Of a DNA stretch of 64,000 nt, positions 63,257-64,000 are shown piece after piece. Source of the DNA: Planctomycetota bacterium. Lineage in GTDB: Bacteria > Planctomycetota > UBA8108 > SXIK01. Below the pieces are notes generated by a model. The model ran no database searches. It saw only the letters and a list, made by a program, of their open reading frames with translations, and was not told where the DNA came from. Numbering within the stretch: position 1 is the stretch's first letter; every line of letters starts with the position of its first letter. The stretch lies in contig OZ244999.1 in NCBI GenBank assembly GCA_965223265.1, forward strand, positions 7,584,001 to 7,648,000, read 5' to 3'. The position numbers and the translations under genes were made by a program.

Positions 63257-64000
63257 TCAAGGAATCTCCTGGTACCCCGTCGAGACCAGCGCGCCGCGGC
63301 TATCGTTGAGACGCAAGAAGTACGTGATGCCTTCTGTCTGGGGGAGGGTCGCACGAATCCCGTTCTCGTCGATCAGAGCAAAACGCAGCTTCCACTGCCG
63401 TTTTTCCCATGCGCCTTGATCGAGGGTGTAGTGGAGCCGCGCCTCGACAATTTGTGTCTCGCCGTCAACAGCCGCGCTAACGATCATTCCGTCCCGCTTG
63501 ATCTCACCCAGACGCGGCAACTTTTGCCCATCGATGAGTACCGACTTGACAAACATGTGAATCTCTTTCGTCGACCAGCCGTGGCGATGTCCGTGTCCCA
63601 TCCCCTGACGCACTGCGAGCTGTCTAGGGCCTTGGGTCAACGACCAACTGCGTTGAAACAGATCGAGGCGTCCGAACGGATCGTTGGTACCGTTGACGAA
63701 AATCATCGGCAACTTGACGCGCGGAAGATAGCTCGACGGGTCGAACGTCTTGATCCACAGTTCTCGCTGCTGCTTCTCAAGCGCGGCTAGCGGCTCTTTC
63801 GCAACGTGCTCGTGTAGGTACGCGCCGCCGTAAACCGCGGCCGCGACCTTCACCCGCGGTTCGATGGCTGCAAGGATGCATGCAAACGACGCTCCCCATT
63901 CAATCCCTGCGACACCGATCTTTGTCGGATCAACTTCTGGCAAGCTGCTGAGGAGCGAAACGCCCAGGATGGCTCTAGCGACCGCAGCGTGCGGCCATGT
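63257..64000 (-). CDS. Alpha/beta hydrolase (acetyl xylan esterase-like), 5' end outside the window
   Basis: Frame open to the window edge; PEVDPTKIGVAGIEWGA, FDPSSYL, NGTNDPF, GMGHGH. Confidence 0.85.
   Translation of the reverse strand, partial: TWPHAAVARAILGVSLLSSLPEVDPTKIGVAGIEWGASFACILAAIEPRVKVAAAVYGGAYLHEHVAKEPLAALEKQQRELWIKTFDPSSYLPRVKLPMIFVNGTNDPFGRLDLFQRSWSLTQGPRQLAVRQGMGHGHRHGWSTKEIHMFVKSVLIDGQKLPRLGEIKRDGMIVSAAVDGETQIVEARLHYTLDQGAWEKRQWKLRFALIDENGIRATLPQTEGITYFLRLNDSRGALVSTGYQEIP

Overview
High-GC bacterial DNA with a strong Planctomycetota signature: three DUF1549/DUF1553 + DUF1501 gene pairs, a PVC-type haem-c dehydrogenase, two sulfatases and a PQQ-like propeller. No rRNA, tRNA or CRISPR was recognised. 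Most notable: (1) seven dispersed genes carry a Cys-flanked dockerin-like module. Five are fused to unrelated payloads (CotH kinase, extracellular nuclease, histidine phosphatase, FGE/C-lectin-fold domain, Cys-rich propeller) and two also carry tandem cohesin-like domains, suggesting a cellulosome-like but non-cellulolytic surface complex. (2) A probable OsmC/Ohr-family selenoprotein (32956-33423, minus) that the ORF track truncates at an in-frame TGA, which is followed by a SECIS-like hairpin. (3) A small secreted protein closely resembling invertebrate (i-type) lysozyme. (4) An intact ISKra4-type IS with an 8-bp target duplication. (5) Two composite CTAG-bounded MITE loci. (6) A 115-bp tandem array of GTAG-type REP hairpins with a compensatory base-pair change. 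(7) A kinase-STAND-TPR-sigma54 activator. All family calls come from motif recognition by eye; no database searches were run.
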